From: Podospora anserina
Taxonomy: Eukaryota
Assembly (NCBI GenBank): GCA_017654855.1
Contig: CM030332.1
Coordinates: 4,774,001 to 4,838,000, forward strand
Direction of reading: 5' to 3'
Length of the DNA stretch: 64,000 nt
The first letter of the stretch is position 1. Each line of letters begins with the position of its first letter. The translations under genes were made by a program, and so were the position numbers. The notes beneath the pieces were generated by a model, which was not told where the DNA came from, searched no databases, and saw only the letters and a program-made list of their open reading frames with translations. Of the stretch, positions 12,549-26,190 are shown one piece after another.

Positions 12549-15500
12549 CTACGCAAAAGTCATCTCAATCTCCTTCTCCTTCCCAAAATCATCGTCCTCG
12601 TAGTCCGCCCAGGGATCCGCCAACGCGATATTCGGGAGGGTTTGCGAGCCTCTCAGTTCCGGGCGGGGTGGCTCATGACTGTTGTTATTATTGATGCCGC
12701 TGTAGTCCATTCCCCTACTCGTTGACGTTGATGTTGTTGTTGTTGTTGTTATTGCCGCCGTCGTCGAGGAAGACTTGCGATCATCAATCCCAGTATCAAA
12801 CTTCATTTGTATCCCATCATCATGGTCCCCAAATCCACCACCGCCACCATACGCCGGGTAATAGCCACTGTCTTGCTTGCCGCCGCCCACAGAGGTGCTA
12901 GAGTACCCCTGATACGCCGGTGGTGATGCCGCCGAGCGGTACTCATCCGATCCCCCATTCCTGCTCGGAGACCCAAACCCAGACGGAACAGCATCATAAC
13001 TCTTGCTCTCCCTCAAACTGCCCCCCCTAGTCCGTGACGAATCCAGCTTCATAGGCGGCAGCGTACTCTTAATCTCCTTCACCTGCAGCACCTCCTCATC
13101 CACGCTCTGACCATTCTGCTTGCTGCTGGCCGCCTCCTTAGCCAGCTCGGCACGAATAGCGTCCACGTCAAACAACACTCCATGGTTATTCCCCTCCTTG
13201 TCCTCCGTCTTGCCGCTAGACTTGGCACCACCCGTCTTGGAAGAATCCTCATACACCTCCCACTCCTGTTTCTGCAGCTTCTGCTTCCTGCCAAACAAGC
13301 TAAACCGACTCTTCTTCTCATTCGACTTCCCCTCCCTCTCCAGCTCTTTTCTCGCCTCCTCGATCTCGTTGATGAGCTCGCGCTGCCGTTCCTGGTGGTT
13401 ATCCGGGTCTGGGTCTTCGATTTCGGTGAACTCGTCGCTCTCCACCAACCACCCGCACTCACGAAGCAAACGGGGCATAGCGGTACGATAATCCATATGT
13501 CCGACAACCCATTCAGACACATCCATGTTTTCAAGCCCAGGGATGCCCTCAATCGGCGCCAGCCCTGCGACGCGCCTGATGCCGCCGTTGGTCAGGCGGA
13601 ACAGGTACCCAAGAATCCAGTCATTTCTGTTGTATCCGCTGACGAAGCGCCCTGACACCACCGAGCGAGCCCGCAGGTACTCGTCGGCGTTGACGACGAT
13701 GGGGCTTCCAAACAGGTAGACATTTTGCACCAGGCCGAAGGCGCCCTTTTTGGCAAGCTCCTTCAAGCAAGAGAAGATGACGCGGCTGCCGAGGGAGTAC
13801 CCGACCAGTGTCACGGGACGAGTACCCAAGTTGCGGTCAATGAGCGAATCTGCCAGAATGAGACCGGCCATGTTGGCACGGTCGAGAGACACGGTCCATG
13901 GGTTGTCGATCAGATAGGAGAGCTTGGTGAGAATGACAGGGATCTGGAGACCAGACATCAGGACTGCCAGGAAGGTGCTGGCAAGGACCTGCTGAAGACC
14001 TTGTGTGAGAGCCTACATCACCTGTGTCAGCAGAGATTTCCCCCCCTCTCCTGCTTTTGTTAAACATACCTCTGTTGCCAGAATGTTGATGGTGTCACCC
14101 ATACTGGTCAACATTTCCGGCTCCCACAACACCGAGTATATATCACCCATGACTGGGTCTACAGTACTAAACGGCAACCGGACGTCGTCGACCTTGCCCG
14201 TCATCCATCCGGAGACAGTGACGATGAGGTTCACTCTTTTGTTGTTGTTCAGCGGTCTGTACTCGAAAGTCTTGACAGCTCCGGTTCTCCGGTTAGCAGC
14301 TCTGACACCAACAATGCTTCCCGACGCCGCTGCAGTCGACGTGATGATGGCAGCACCTCCAACGCCACTAAGAAACGCGGTTGTCCCACTGACACCAATC
14401 GCCGAAAACCCCGCTGCTAGACCGGTACCGATCATAGGAGCCGCCAATCCCGCAGATAACCCAATAATCAAGCCGCCGCCAACCGTAGCAAGGCCCATCA
14501 TGGCATAGCGCTTTGTCAAAGCGCGCTGCCGGCGATTTTCCATGTGCTCTGTTTCATCCCAGTTCTCCTTCTCAGCGCTCTGTTGCATTTCCAGCGCATC
14601 CGTCACCTTCTTCTCGAATCTGCAAATATCGAGCCAGCTGATTTCCAAGTCCTTCGCCACCCTTTCCAGCAGCACCCTGGCCCTCGAATCGTAGATGGAG
14701 TCCGCAATCAGCACAAGGAACAGATCACACAGAACCGTCCACCTGATGTCGATATCAATCTTTTGCGCCGTCGAGATCTGAGAGGGCACCTGGACAGGCT
14801 CAGCGAGCTCCGATTCGTTGTTACTCGAGTACGGCGGTGGAGGTTCTGCAGTGTCGTCCGAGTTGGTGGTGACGAGCGAAGCAGCACGGGAAGGCCTCGA
14901 GCTGGTCGACGTCCATTTCTCCTTCTCCTCCGCCATTGGGTTCTTCACACGAGCGTTCGCCATCAAAACAGGCGTCAAGTCTGCTGGAATGACCCCATGG
15001 GCGCTCAACTGTTCAATCATGACCTGCTCATCCGAACTGATATCCATGTGCGAATACAGTCGAATCATCATCTTCTGGCTCCACATTTGCATGCTCTCTG
15101 CAGCCGTGGCGACATGCTTTTTGCTCTTGGACGAGACTCCGATAGACTCCTCCACTGTCTTGACCATGGCTGAGAGCTCCAGTCTGGTAAGGCCTACATA
15201 TGCGATTCTCTGACCCTCTGTCAGCAAATCCTTGGTGGCTTGCAACTGGCTGACAGCGTCGCGCTGGTTTTCCTCATCCTCCGTGATACTGGTTCCAGCG
15301 GCGTCGCGGCCTTGAAATAGGTACTGTGTGTTCTCGTCCATGCTAGTCGCAGATTCGGCATCGTCGTCTACCAAGACTTTGGTATACCCTTTGCCAGCTC
15401 CACCCAAATTGCCATAGCCGTATTTTTGGTCGTCATCCTCTTCGTGGTATTCCTTAGCGATGAGCCTGTTATTATCGTCGTAGATATCATACGGAGCATA

Positions 15501-16229
15501 GGCAGGCATGGTTTGCCACCCATCGTCGTCACCTTGTACCTTTTCAGGCTGCTTGGCAGTGAGCTGCTGATGCGAGTACTCTGAGGCTTCAGCGGGCATG
15601 TTTGCGACGCTCGACTTGTTTCTCTGGTGGCCTTGTGGATTCTTGGTCTCCTGGACAGCCTGATCCACTGTCTCGTTCTTCGTCCTCTCTGAATCTCCTT
15701 CTCCACCCTTGATAGCGGCAGGCTCGGAATCGAATCCGGTGGAGGTTTGTGCTGGTGCTCCTGTTGGGGTCGCTTTGCTGCTCTGCTCCAACTCCTTTGA
15801 GAATGTGACCGACGATGCACCAGGTTCCTTCTTCTTTTCATCCACGCCCCCCCGCTGGGAAACAGCATCCTTGAACTCATCGTCGCTGCTGGATTCTTCC
15901 CCATTCCTAATGCCGTCCGACTTTGCTTTTGTGGACCCCGCAACAGACTGACCTGCCTTCCCTCCATTCTCTATGCGCCACAGACCGTCATCTTGCACGG
16001 TTGTCGCGCCCATCTGTGGACTCTTGGATCCATTCGCACTTGTTGCGACATCCCCGCCATCGCTTCCCTCGCTCATTTCAACCGGTGGCGGGACATACTT
16101 TCTTATCGGCAATCCAAAGTCGTCGAGCTCGACAGCTGGTTTCGAAGCTGGCGGCGCATCTTTTGTGGTCGTCGTTGGGGACGGGCCGTTCTGGTCGTTA
16201 CCAGCCGAGGGCCCGTCAACTCCCGGCAT
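12549..16229 (-). CDS. DUF726 / TMCO4 (Mil1-like) putative lipase-fold membrane protein (intron 14013-14069)
   Basis: Long disordered N-terminus; hydrophobic GLATVGGGLIIGLSAGLAAP region; GXSXG motif RPVTLVGYSLGSRVIF; SGYNRNDWILGYLFR; VVGHMDYR. Confidence 0.88.
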
Positions 16230-17471
16230 GGCTGGTTCAGGGGGGCGGGTTAAACGGGTACAGAATCAAATCGTGATCGACGGTGATATTCGGAAGAGGA
16301 GTCGCAAACGCGTACAACTGCCAAAACTTGTGTACTTTTGGACACGTGAGAGGGTTGATCAGGGGTGTTGTGTGTTCTCGGTAGAACAAAGTCGTCTTTG
16401 TTTCAATCGGGAGCTGCGGGAGCGGACGGACGAGTCGAGGCAACTCAAGATGGGAGGTCAAGTTAAAGTTGCGCGCACCCTGAATTAGTGCCCGTTCATC
16501 AAACACAGGGGCTGACAGGGGGCCCTCTGGTCTTTTTTTTTCTCGATGACGGAACGGGGTCGCGTCACGTCAGCAACTTGTCTGGGGGGCTGTTTCGTTT
16601 CTCTTCCCTCTGGGTACGCCAACCGTGAATGAGGCCCAGAAGAGGGATCTCCAGTTACAGATCGAACTGGAAGGTTGGAAAGAAGTCAACAAGAGGAAAT
16701 CTCATGAGCTTTTCGAAAATTTGTTGAACAGACAAATGCGAGCCCAAGACGACACACGGCAAGACGGTTGCAGCTTGGGTCTCACTTGGCATTTCCGATA
16801 AGACAGACGCAGAATTTTGGTGGGGTTGGCTCTGTCCCACCACTGAGCGAACAGCGTCGAACGACGCTAGAACTTCGCCGGTGACGACGCCTTCACAGCG
16901 GGGCGGAGGTCGTCAGATGTCCATCCACCCCACGGCCCATTTAGCGGGTTTGCACTTGGCTGCAGCGCGCATGCAGCGTATCAATTCCCCGTTTCCTGCC
17001 ATAGGCGGCATCCAAAAGCTTGTTAAGATAAAAATGTAACAGATTGATATATCTCACGAACAAGTACGAGCACTTGACGGGACCGGGGGGGGTTTATACG
17101 TGTACTGAATCTGGCTGCATTCCAGACCTGCCAGATCCCAACGGCTCAGCAGCCGACTTCGACGAACTGCGCCATCCTGTTGACCAACACTGACCGTGCA
17201 TCATCCTCTTGCGTAGACAGGCCGGTGTACATCCGGTGCTTCCGCTTCCGCAGTCCCCCATTCAACTCCGGTTGACATGTCACCCTGAGCCATATGCCAT
17301 TCAAACTAGCACGTGCTCCAGACGCCAAATACAACTGTTATTATGCTAGCATCTATGCCAGCAAAACCCTAGTTAATACATCAAAGTCAATACATCTTTC
17401 GCCCATGTGATGCCAGAAGTCTATGTCAGCCACGGGCCTATTGCAGGCCTATACAGCCTGGCATCGTCCTC

Positions 17472-18416
17472 TCAGTCCTGCATATCCGCACCCGCGATCG
17501 CAGCATCAACCGCGGCCGAGATCTCCTTATCACTAGCGCCCTCACCAGTCGTAGCCTTTTTCCTTCTTTTCCTCTTGGCCTTGTGCTCGCCCGCTACCTC
17601 CGCAGCCGGCGCTTCTGTCTCCTCTTTCCTAGGCCTTTGCTCCTTCTGCCCATCCGTGACCTTCTTTGCCTTTTTGACCGCTAATGGGTTCGGTCCCTTC
17701 TTGCCGTAGTTCTTCTTCTTCTTCGGCTTGTCGTCCTCACCCTGTATCGAACTCTTGCCCTTTTCCTTATCATCCTCCTCATCACTCCCAGACTGATCCT
17801 CATCATCCTCTCTCTTCCTCTTATGCGTCCCTCTCGTAATACCGCTCATAAACCTACACCCAGTCAGCATTTCCATCACCACGCAAAAGAACTCCAGGGT
17901 CACATACTTGGCCTTCTCCTCCCGCTCCCTAACCTTCAAACTCGCCTCCGCCATCGGCTCCAAAATCAACACACTCCTCTTGACATACATCAACGGCGTC
18001 GGCACCACAGCCCTCAGCTTCTCCCTCAGCATCTCGTCCTGCGTCGCAACCACATATCGAAACTTGTTCTCGTTCCTCCTCTTCGGGTCCACCACCGCCA
18101 TCACACACTCCCTCTCCGTCAGCGGGTCCTCGTCCATCAGGTGCCCGCACCTCCTCCTCTCAAAAGTCTTTGCCCGCTCAATCGCCGCCGCCACCCCCGG
18201 CTCCTTGTTCCGCGCGTACATGGCCCGGATGCAGCACTGCGTGATCATCGGCTTGAGGCTCTTGGTAGACAGCGCCTTTTCGAACAAGGTCATCAGGTCC
18301 AGCTTCATCGTGTCGAGCACAATGTCGGACGTCATGAGGAGCTGGTAGGGCTCGCGGAAGCCGAGCATCTGGAAGGACCGCATCAGCTTCTTGTATTGCT
18401 TGGTGCGTTTGCCCAT
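17472..18416 (-). CDS. UTP23: rRNA-processing PIN-domain protein Utp23 (in-frame intron at about 17853-17906)
   Basis: MGKRTKQYKKLM...FREPYQLL, ITQCCIRAMY, ERRRCGH, YVVATQD and the C-terminal KKGPNPLAVKK motif. Confidence 0.92.
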   Translation of the reverse strand: MGKRTKQYKKLMRSFQMLGFREPYQLLMTSDIVLDTMKLDLMTLFEKALSTKSLKPMITQCCIRAMYARNKEPGVAAAIERAKTFERRRCGHLMDEDPLTERECVMAVVDPKRRNENKFRYVVATQDEMLREKLRAVVPTPLMYVKRSVLILEPMAEASLKVREREEKAKYVTLEFFCVVMEMLTGCRFMSGITRGTHKRKREDDEDQSGSDEEDDKEKGKSSIQGEDDKPKKKKNYGKKGPNPLAVKKAKKVTDGQKEQRPRKEETEAPAAEVAGEHKAKRKRRKKATTGEGASDKEISAAVDAAIAGADMQD

Positions 18417-19183
18417 GGTGGTGAAATTGTTTGCCCGTCCGAATCCGGATTTTCTAAGTGGTGGTTTGTGGTGAAAGATTCGTGAACTGAGTGTGATTGA
18501 CGGAACAGCAGAAAAAAAGTCGCTGGATATTGTGTCAGGCGTTGATGAGGTTGATGAAAAGAAAGGTTTATGAGGTTGAGAAGCTTCATGAACTTTTGCT
18601 TGGCTCCCAAAAAAATTCCACAAGGCAAGAGCCCCACTTTGATACCTTGACGGCTGGTGGCCCAAGCTCCCAACATGGCTCCACTTTGGCTCTAAGATGG
18701 GACATCAACACTTTGAGGAAGTAATTGAGAATATCATAATGTTTGGCTGATTTAGATACTTCAGTGCCTGCTATTCTATAGGATACTTCAGATACTGTAA
18801 CTCGAGAAAACGCCAAACACCAAGCCCTCAACACCCGCCTTGCTTGCTGACCTAGCACCATATCGAATCCTACCCTAACCCACGCATGTGAAAAAAAAAA
18901 CCCGAGTATCAAGCCGTATAGATATCTCCCTTCCAAAAGCAGATCATGGAAAAGAAAAATCTCAAATCCCATCTCGTGAAAACCCCAATGTTTGGTTTCT
19001 TTGCCCGTTCAAGTCGTGCCATTTCCCATTACACAAACCAATCAATGCTCCACACGATCGATCCCATCTTCGTTACACCATCCCGGCCTGTTCAATGACA
19101 AGGCCCCCTTGATATCGAGTATCCAAGCCCTCAGCCCAGGATTAAAATGTTTCTTCCTTCGAATTTTGTCCATCTTCTTAAAA

Positions 19184-20651
19184 TCACCCCTTGTTCTTCC
19201 TGCACATCGCCGCAACAACACTGATATCATCAAGCTTTCCTACACACAACCGTCAGCAACAATATCAACATCAACTCAACCCCCAAAGAACTTACCACCC
19301 CCACTAGCCAAACCCTCCTCGATGGCATGCTCCATAAACGGACTCTCCGCAAAAGGATCAAGAGCAATCACCTTCGCCGCCTCCTTCAGCTCCTCCGCCA
19401 CAAACCCCATCATATCCTTCCCATCCTCCCCCTCCACAACCCCTTCCTCCCTCCCCTCCCCCCTCTCCCACCGTTCCACGCTATCGCTAACCTTTTCCAC
19501 AATCTCATGCGCCCACAGATTATCAATCACCCCGTCCGACATTGCGAGCACCACATCCCCTTCCCGTATCGGTACCTCGTCCACCACGGCACAATTCACC
19601 GGCGTGTCCGGACTGTTCGTACCAAGCTGCCTAGGGCAATCAAACCAGTGCCACTGTTCCTTAGATTTAAACACCATTTCCCTCGTTGACGGGCGCACAA
19701 CCATCACTTGCGAGTCTCCTATGTTGGTGACATACACCAGTGGTTCAGGGTCGCCCGTTTCGGAATTTTTCCGAAAGTGAAGCAGTGCGCCAGCCGCCGT
19801 GGTCGTTCCCTGCCAGTCGTTCGGTTCCGAAGTCGCCTCGACCGTTTGCTCGTACGCGTGCTGTAGGTAGGATACAGGATCGGGGTGGTAGTCTCTCTGG
19901 CTATGACTTGCCGCGTCTTGGAATATATTCGTCGCCCAGAAATGCAAGATTAACCGGGCCCAGAGACTGAATATGTTTGTCTGTCAGATTGGACTCCAAG
20001 AAGAAAGCAAGTGGGTGAGAAAGAAAGAGAAAAAAAATAAAAATCTAACCCAGCATGCCCCCTCGGCCTCATACTCCAAGCGCCCACCCCATCATTCGCG
20101 CAAATAAAGTACTTGCTCGCAAAAACAGCATCATCACCATTGGTATAACCCTGAATCAAATGCCCATTCACATACACCTTCCTCCTATCCCGACTTCGAT
20201 CATGCGTGCTAAGTGGATCACTAAACGACCCCGAGGGAGGCGACAAGAACGGCGGCGGGAACGGCCTTGGTGTTCTTTTGGCGAAGAGCCCAATCCCAGT
20301 GTCGAAACAAAACGGCAGTTTCGGGAAAACCGACGGGTCCAGTCTGCCGTCATCATCCAGCGGCAGCGGAGGTGGTGGTTCTTCGGAGGAAGATGCGGAG
20401 GAGGTAGATTCGGTCGTCGTCGCAACAGTCTCGGCAGCAATTGTGTCATTATTGTCCGTCGAATACTGCAACGGAGCCGCAGTCCGGAATGTCGCCCGCT
20501 GACTCGGCGTTGGCAGCGTCTCATGTAGCAATGTCGGAAACTTCGGACGAGGGGGCCATGGTGATCGCAGGACCAGGGCCGCCGGAACAGCCGCCCTCAA
20601 TCGCGCGTGTGTTGTCGGGGCTTTGAGCAATCGGGGAGCTAGTCTTCTCAT
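19184..20651 (-). CDS. PTC7: PTC7-family type 2C protein phosphatase with probable mitochondrial presequence (3 exons)
   Basis: NGDDAVF, ANDGVGAW, GTTTA, NIGDS, QWHWFDCPRQLGTNSPDTP, SDGVIDNL and spliced GGKLDDISVVAA. The N-terminus is Arg-rich. Confidence 0.88.
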
Positions 20652-21769
20652 TCCAGCGAGAGCGGCGCGCTGTCTCAATCAGCCGTGACGCTGGCGAGCA
20701 GCGAGCAGCATTCGAGATGTAATTGCAAGATGTGCGAACGTGTTCGATCGAGGGGTGGGTTGGGTTGAATCCAAAAGGTTGGAAACCGGGGAGTGTACGA
20801 CAGGTGGGCAGGGATGAGGGATGGTCGAAGGTCAAATGGAGCCTTGGGCTTATCTTATCAAAGCGAACAAACGGTTTGAGGCTCGATGACATCCCAGTCG
20901 TCTTGGAGATGCAGGGCCCTTGTTGCGCTGTCGCCACACAAAAGCTTTGGTAAGGTAGCTGGCAAAGTGGGGCCGATCCGGCAGCCGGGGGCCGGACTCC
21001 GCACTAAGTGGGCTCTTACACACAGAATCGGCCCGGGACTGCGATCCAACGGCCGCCCAAAGAGGCAAGAGTTGAAAATGTGTTCGTCCTTACTGGACAG
21101 CTGCTGCTCTGAATGTGGCTGACAGGCGAGTATCATAGCAATGGTTAAGAATCAGAGTGGTATCAGGCACCTAAACATTAGATGAACAGGACCATCGTTT
21201 ACACAACCGATCCCAACATGTCACAGTGGTTCGACGGACTCTGGCAACAAGTTGAACAGTTGAAACAAACTTATTATATCGGACCGTGTGGTATGAACGC
21301 CGCACAGCCGTACAACTAAGTACAACTAAAAAAGACCAAACGCCAAAGCAGCAATGATAAAGCTGAATGTATGGATGAAAACCCGACCAACACTAACCAT
21401 AATGCTCCTGGCAATCTAGCCTTCCACTTTGCTCCCATCAACTGGCCATGTTCTGAAACCACAACATCCACCCTTGAATCCAAGAAAAGAAAAAAAACAA
21501 CGCCGTGTGGCCCAAAAATCCAAAATTGTTGCCTGCTCTGGAAAACCTTTTTGAGTGTGTAAAAAACCAAGCTAACTCGTAGGTATGAAATGTTGGGAAG
21601 CCCTGTCGTGATCTATCCTGTCGTTATCTCAATAAAAAGAATGTCATCTGCTTGCATGAACGTCGTTCAACCGTCAAACCCGTCCCCCGCCCTGTGGCTA
21701 CTCGCAGCCTCAACTCGAGCCGCTATCCGACTCAAATGTCTTCACCAAATCCTTGACCTTGACCCTCTT

Positions 21770-24700
21770 CTAGAAAGCCTGGCCTTGAAACGTCATTCTT
21801 CCCGGCGTCCCAGATCGAGGACCGCTGGGCACCGTAGCCGCTGCAAACGGAGCCTGTGGTGGCGGCGAGTTGCTCATTCCTAACCCTATTTGCCCTTGCT
21901 GTCCCCATCCACCGCCAGACGCAAACGCTTGGTTAACCGGAGGCGCGCCACTCAGTGAGCCATGTTGAGACATCCCTTGGGGAGGCCATGACTGTGGCCC
22001 ATACTGAAGGGGAAACTGGGGGCGAGGGGAGCCTTGGTATTGAGCTGCAAAATGAGCCTGTTGCTGAGCGAAAGCAGCCTGGGCAGCTCGCTGCGCCTGT
22101 TGATGCTGCTCCCGATTTCGTTGATCAATAGCATGCGCAACAGCTTGGCCACCGATCCCTTGCCTCATCTGAGCCCTTTCACGCTCGCGCGCCTCAATTG
22201 CACCGACCAGGCCAACCCTGGCCTGGGGAGCGTTCTTGTTGCCAGCAATGGCAATGAGAGGGCTGCCCGTCATCCTCGCGACGTGTTCTTGCTCGCGTGC
22301 CGACAAGTGCGACGAGACTTCGCCGCTGGACAGAGCAAGCATCCCAGCCTGGCTCACAGGGCGACCAGATGAGAGTAGGTCAGCCGAATTCGACCGCGAA
22401 TGGGATGCTGGATTACTGTTTGGCCGCTTGTATGGGGATGTAGGGGTCCCCGCTCGAAACTCGTTGAGAGTGTAGCCCGAGGGGTTACGCTGATGCATAG
22501 TCGCACGTTGTTGGACAAACTGTTCAGGGGAAATTGATCTATCAATGGATGTGCTGGGGCCTGGTACGACACCCGGTTGCCAGGCCACGCTTCGACGGAA
22601 GGAATCGCTCGATTCTTGACGCCGATGGCAATACGCAGGACCAGGGCCAGGAGATTTTCTACCAGAGGGTGTGGTTGCATGACGTGGGGATTCCATTCCA
22701 GATCCAGAATCAGCTCCGTGTGAAGAGCCTGGTGCCGACAGCACCTTCCCAGGTGGAAGTGCTCCATAGTTCAAAGTCCGCCCAAAATCGATATCTGGAA
22801 TTTTGTACCCTTCTCCAGCCTTGACACCAGAGACAGGCGCATCCTCACCCGTGGACTTGAGCACGCCGATCCGCGGCCGTCCCGTCGATCTCACTGGCAG
22901 TTCTATCGAACCCCGGTGCGTGCTAGCGTAATCAGGGCTTACTGTGGAAGCGCCATCATCGGAATGACTTTCTGACCTGTTTGGAGGGGGCGGGGAAAAG
23001 GAGATGGGAGAGACTGGTTCCTGGTTCTTGTGCTGTAGGCTGATGGTTCTAGCAGGCAGAGGTTTGCGATGAATCGGGGATCTTTCTGGAAAATTGAACG
23101 CCATATCAGCCCTGGAAGGCGGTGGGGTCTGTCGGCCGCTAGGAGGGCCCGAAGACTGTGTTGTTTGATTTCCATGTGGCTGTTGACTCATTGCAGGGCG
23201 CATACCGGAGTCAGTGGGAGAGGGGCCGGTTGATGGACCAGAGTTCATGTGTCGCGTGGTGTTGCTATCGGGACCTAGGACGGAATGTTTTAGGGGAGAA
23301 TCTGACTGGTTTTGTAACGAATCCAGGCGCGGTGGAAGGGACCCAGGAGAGCCTTGGTAGGTAGTGGGAGCTGTCAAAACTTCACGAGATCCATTGTAAT
23401 TAGCATCTGATTCCATGGTAACGGCGCTGGTGGTTTGTGTCTGTACCGGTTGACCTCGTGGGCCGTTGTATCCAGATTGCGGGCTCATCGCGTAGTCGCC
23501 GCGCAGCTGCTCATCCGGGTATCCTCCAGGTCCCAAGCCTCCTGCGTTGGCCAGCTGGGATAGCGTAGTGTCGGATAACCTGTTGTGTTCCCGACGCAAC
23601 TCAGGTGAAGGTTGGGGCTTGGGATAAGGCCGAGATTCTGCGCCATGAGCAAATGCTGGAGGGGGAGCGACCGGCTCGGGGGTCATCATCCGCTGCATTT
23701 CGTTCAGGTTGTAGCCAGCCATGCCTCTAGGATATTCATCCTCGGAGCTGACCCTCTCCGGGGTGGGCGCCAAATCGCTTGCAAATGTCCTGGCTCGGTC
23801 AGCGGGGCGCATGGCCGAAGGGCCGACTGCGTGATGATCCATATCATAAGGGTAAGGTGAGTGGTTCTCGAGCTGGGTATCCGAGATGTTGCGCGTGTGC
23901 TTGCCATGACCGGCCATAGCGTATGGTGCCCTCTCCCTGTTGGCATCTGGAGGTGCAGAGTCTGTTCGCGTACCCGGCCGAGTCACAGACATGGACCTTG
24001 ATGACCGCCCAGAACTTCCATCATCCGATGCAAAACCTACTCTCGGCTTCGACTGTCCGCCCTGGCTTAGCCGCTTGCTGCTTTGGCTTGCGGTATCTCC
24101 AGCCGCCTCCATATCCAACATGCGAGTCCCCGTCAGCTCTTTCAACTTCTTGCGCCATTCCCTCTCCGACCAAGAGGAGCTTCCGTCGGTGGTGATGAGC
24201 CCACTGACATCGAGCAACTCGAGATATCCATATTTCTTGTGCTTTGGCATCGCAAACATGAGAGAGCGCGAGTCTCTAGGGCTTGCACACAACCGACCTG
24301 GACGACCGTACAGACCAAACGTGTCCCAGGTTGGGAAGAGGAAGCGCAGCAACATCTCAAAACCAGGGACCATCGGATGCGACTCGGGCATGATGAAGAC
24401 GAAGCCCTCGGTTGACGATGGTGGTTCGGAGTGGATGTGGATATCACCCTCAATTTTCAGCAGAGTCGAGCCATCGATCAGCGCCTTGGCCTGTGGGTAA
24501 ATAGCGTAGGCTGCATAGGCATCGGTGATGGTCGCTATTGGCTTTTGGTGCTTCTTCTTCTTCTCGGCCTCCTTCTTGGTGTCGAAGAACCTGATCTCAC
24601 CCTTTAAGATGGGTGCATGTGATCGGTCATAGGCAGAACGCTTCTTGTGCTCCTTTTGTGCCTTCTGATACTCCTTCTCGCTGGGTGGTTCTATCACGCA

Positions 24701-26190
24701 CCAACAACGTCTCCAGGGGACACCGGCACCGAACCTTACACGGACGTATTCCTGAACGGGAACCCTGGCGCGTTCCATGATGATGTTGATGCTGTTGAGG
24801 GTCTTGCCTTTGCCGGCCACCACGGCGCCCGTGTATGCCTCTTGAAGTGTCGAATGCTCATACATGGCCAACCGGATGCCGGAAGTCCACTGGATCAAAG
24901 AATGGTGCGAGTTAAAGTGAAGCAAATAGCGATTCCGGCCCGCGGTGCTAATGCTGAGAATATTTTGTAATGGCTGCTCATCGGCGGACCTTGTTGGAAG
25001 CGATTCGATCTGTGACCTCATGTTAGCAACAACTCACTCAACGGAGCGAAGCAAGGGTCCACTTACCATCTTGATCGAAGCATCGGTCAAGTTGATGAAC
25101 TTGGGCAACACCTCCCCGTCGTCACCAGCGGCATCCAACTCGGCGGCGTCCCACAACGACAACACAGTGCCGACAAGCTGAGCGAAGCACTCGGTCCATG
25201 TTCGATCGGGGTTAGGTTTTCCTTCTATATCGCAACAGCTGGTTAGTCGCTAACACCATATGCCAAGCGAAGACTTTCGCTGCGGTGGTTCTTACTAATG
25301 TCTTGGTCGTCAAGCTTGAGAAAGTAGCCCTCCTGATACAGCTTGTTGGAGTGACTGTTTAGCAGGCTAAAAATGGGCAGAAACTCTGCTGGGGTCTGAC
25401 TAGACAATTCCATGATGAGCGGACGGTATGTTTGCGAGAGGGAGCGAGGTCTCTCGCGTCGGTTCGCGTTAGGTCGAGGGCTTGGTGGGGGAGACGGTGG
25501 CAGCCGTTGTACCACTGGAGCATGTTCGTCTTCAGGAGACGAGATGGGTGTTGTTTCGGCAGTCGAGTCTGGCGGCAGTTCGCTCTCGGAGGACTCTTGC
25601 AGCGTCGGCGAGCCTTGCAGTGTCGGCGAGGTCTGGAAGGGTGGCGACGAGGAAGGTGAGGTGACGGAGGTGTCGAGCCTAGAATCCGGTTTTGACGGGA
25701 TCGGGGACGACTGGCAGGAGGATTCGATGCTCTTGGGTGGTGATGCAGGTGCGGGTGTAGGGGTCCCGGAATCCCTGCGAGGTGTGAACTGGGCTATAAA
25801 CGAGCGCACTAGAAGCACGACAAAACCCCGGGTGTCAGTCAGTAGATTGCAAATTGGGCGAGATTACACAGCTCCTCCAGTGGGCTGCTCTTGTTATTAT
25901 TGTTATTATTGTGCCGGGGACGGGGAGTGCCAGGGGGCCGACATCGTCCCAGCAGTCCAGCTAAGCATTTGAGAGCAATGATTTGCCTGCCTCAGTGAGG
26001 CGAAGCATGCCAGCCAGCGACCGGAGGGGGGGTACGATGGGGTGCCACGAGTCCCCAAGACATGCGCCAATCCCAGCGGACAACAACTAGAATTCCATCT
26101 AGGTCCCCGGCACACAGCTTCCACCACACCAACAAGTTTCTGGGAGTAAGGAAAATTGTTATGTCACATACCTCGTCCCTGGCGGGCCAT
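21770..26190 (-). CDS. Skg3/Caf120-like PH-domain protein; first exon MARQGR at 26172-26190, then an intron of about 363 nt
   Basis: PIFSLLNSHSNKLYQEGYFLKLDD, WTECFAQLVGTVLSLWDA, FINLTDASIK, NILSISTAGRNRYLLHF, RVRFGAGVPWRRCWCVI, FGLYGRP, followed by a low-complexity Gln/Pro C-terminus. Confidence 0.85.

Noticed and set aside
21225-21250. GGTTCGA T-loop-like words (also near 26830 and 35410) as tRNA genes
   Set aside because: No T-stem, acceptor stem or A box could be formed.
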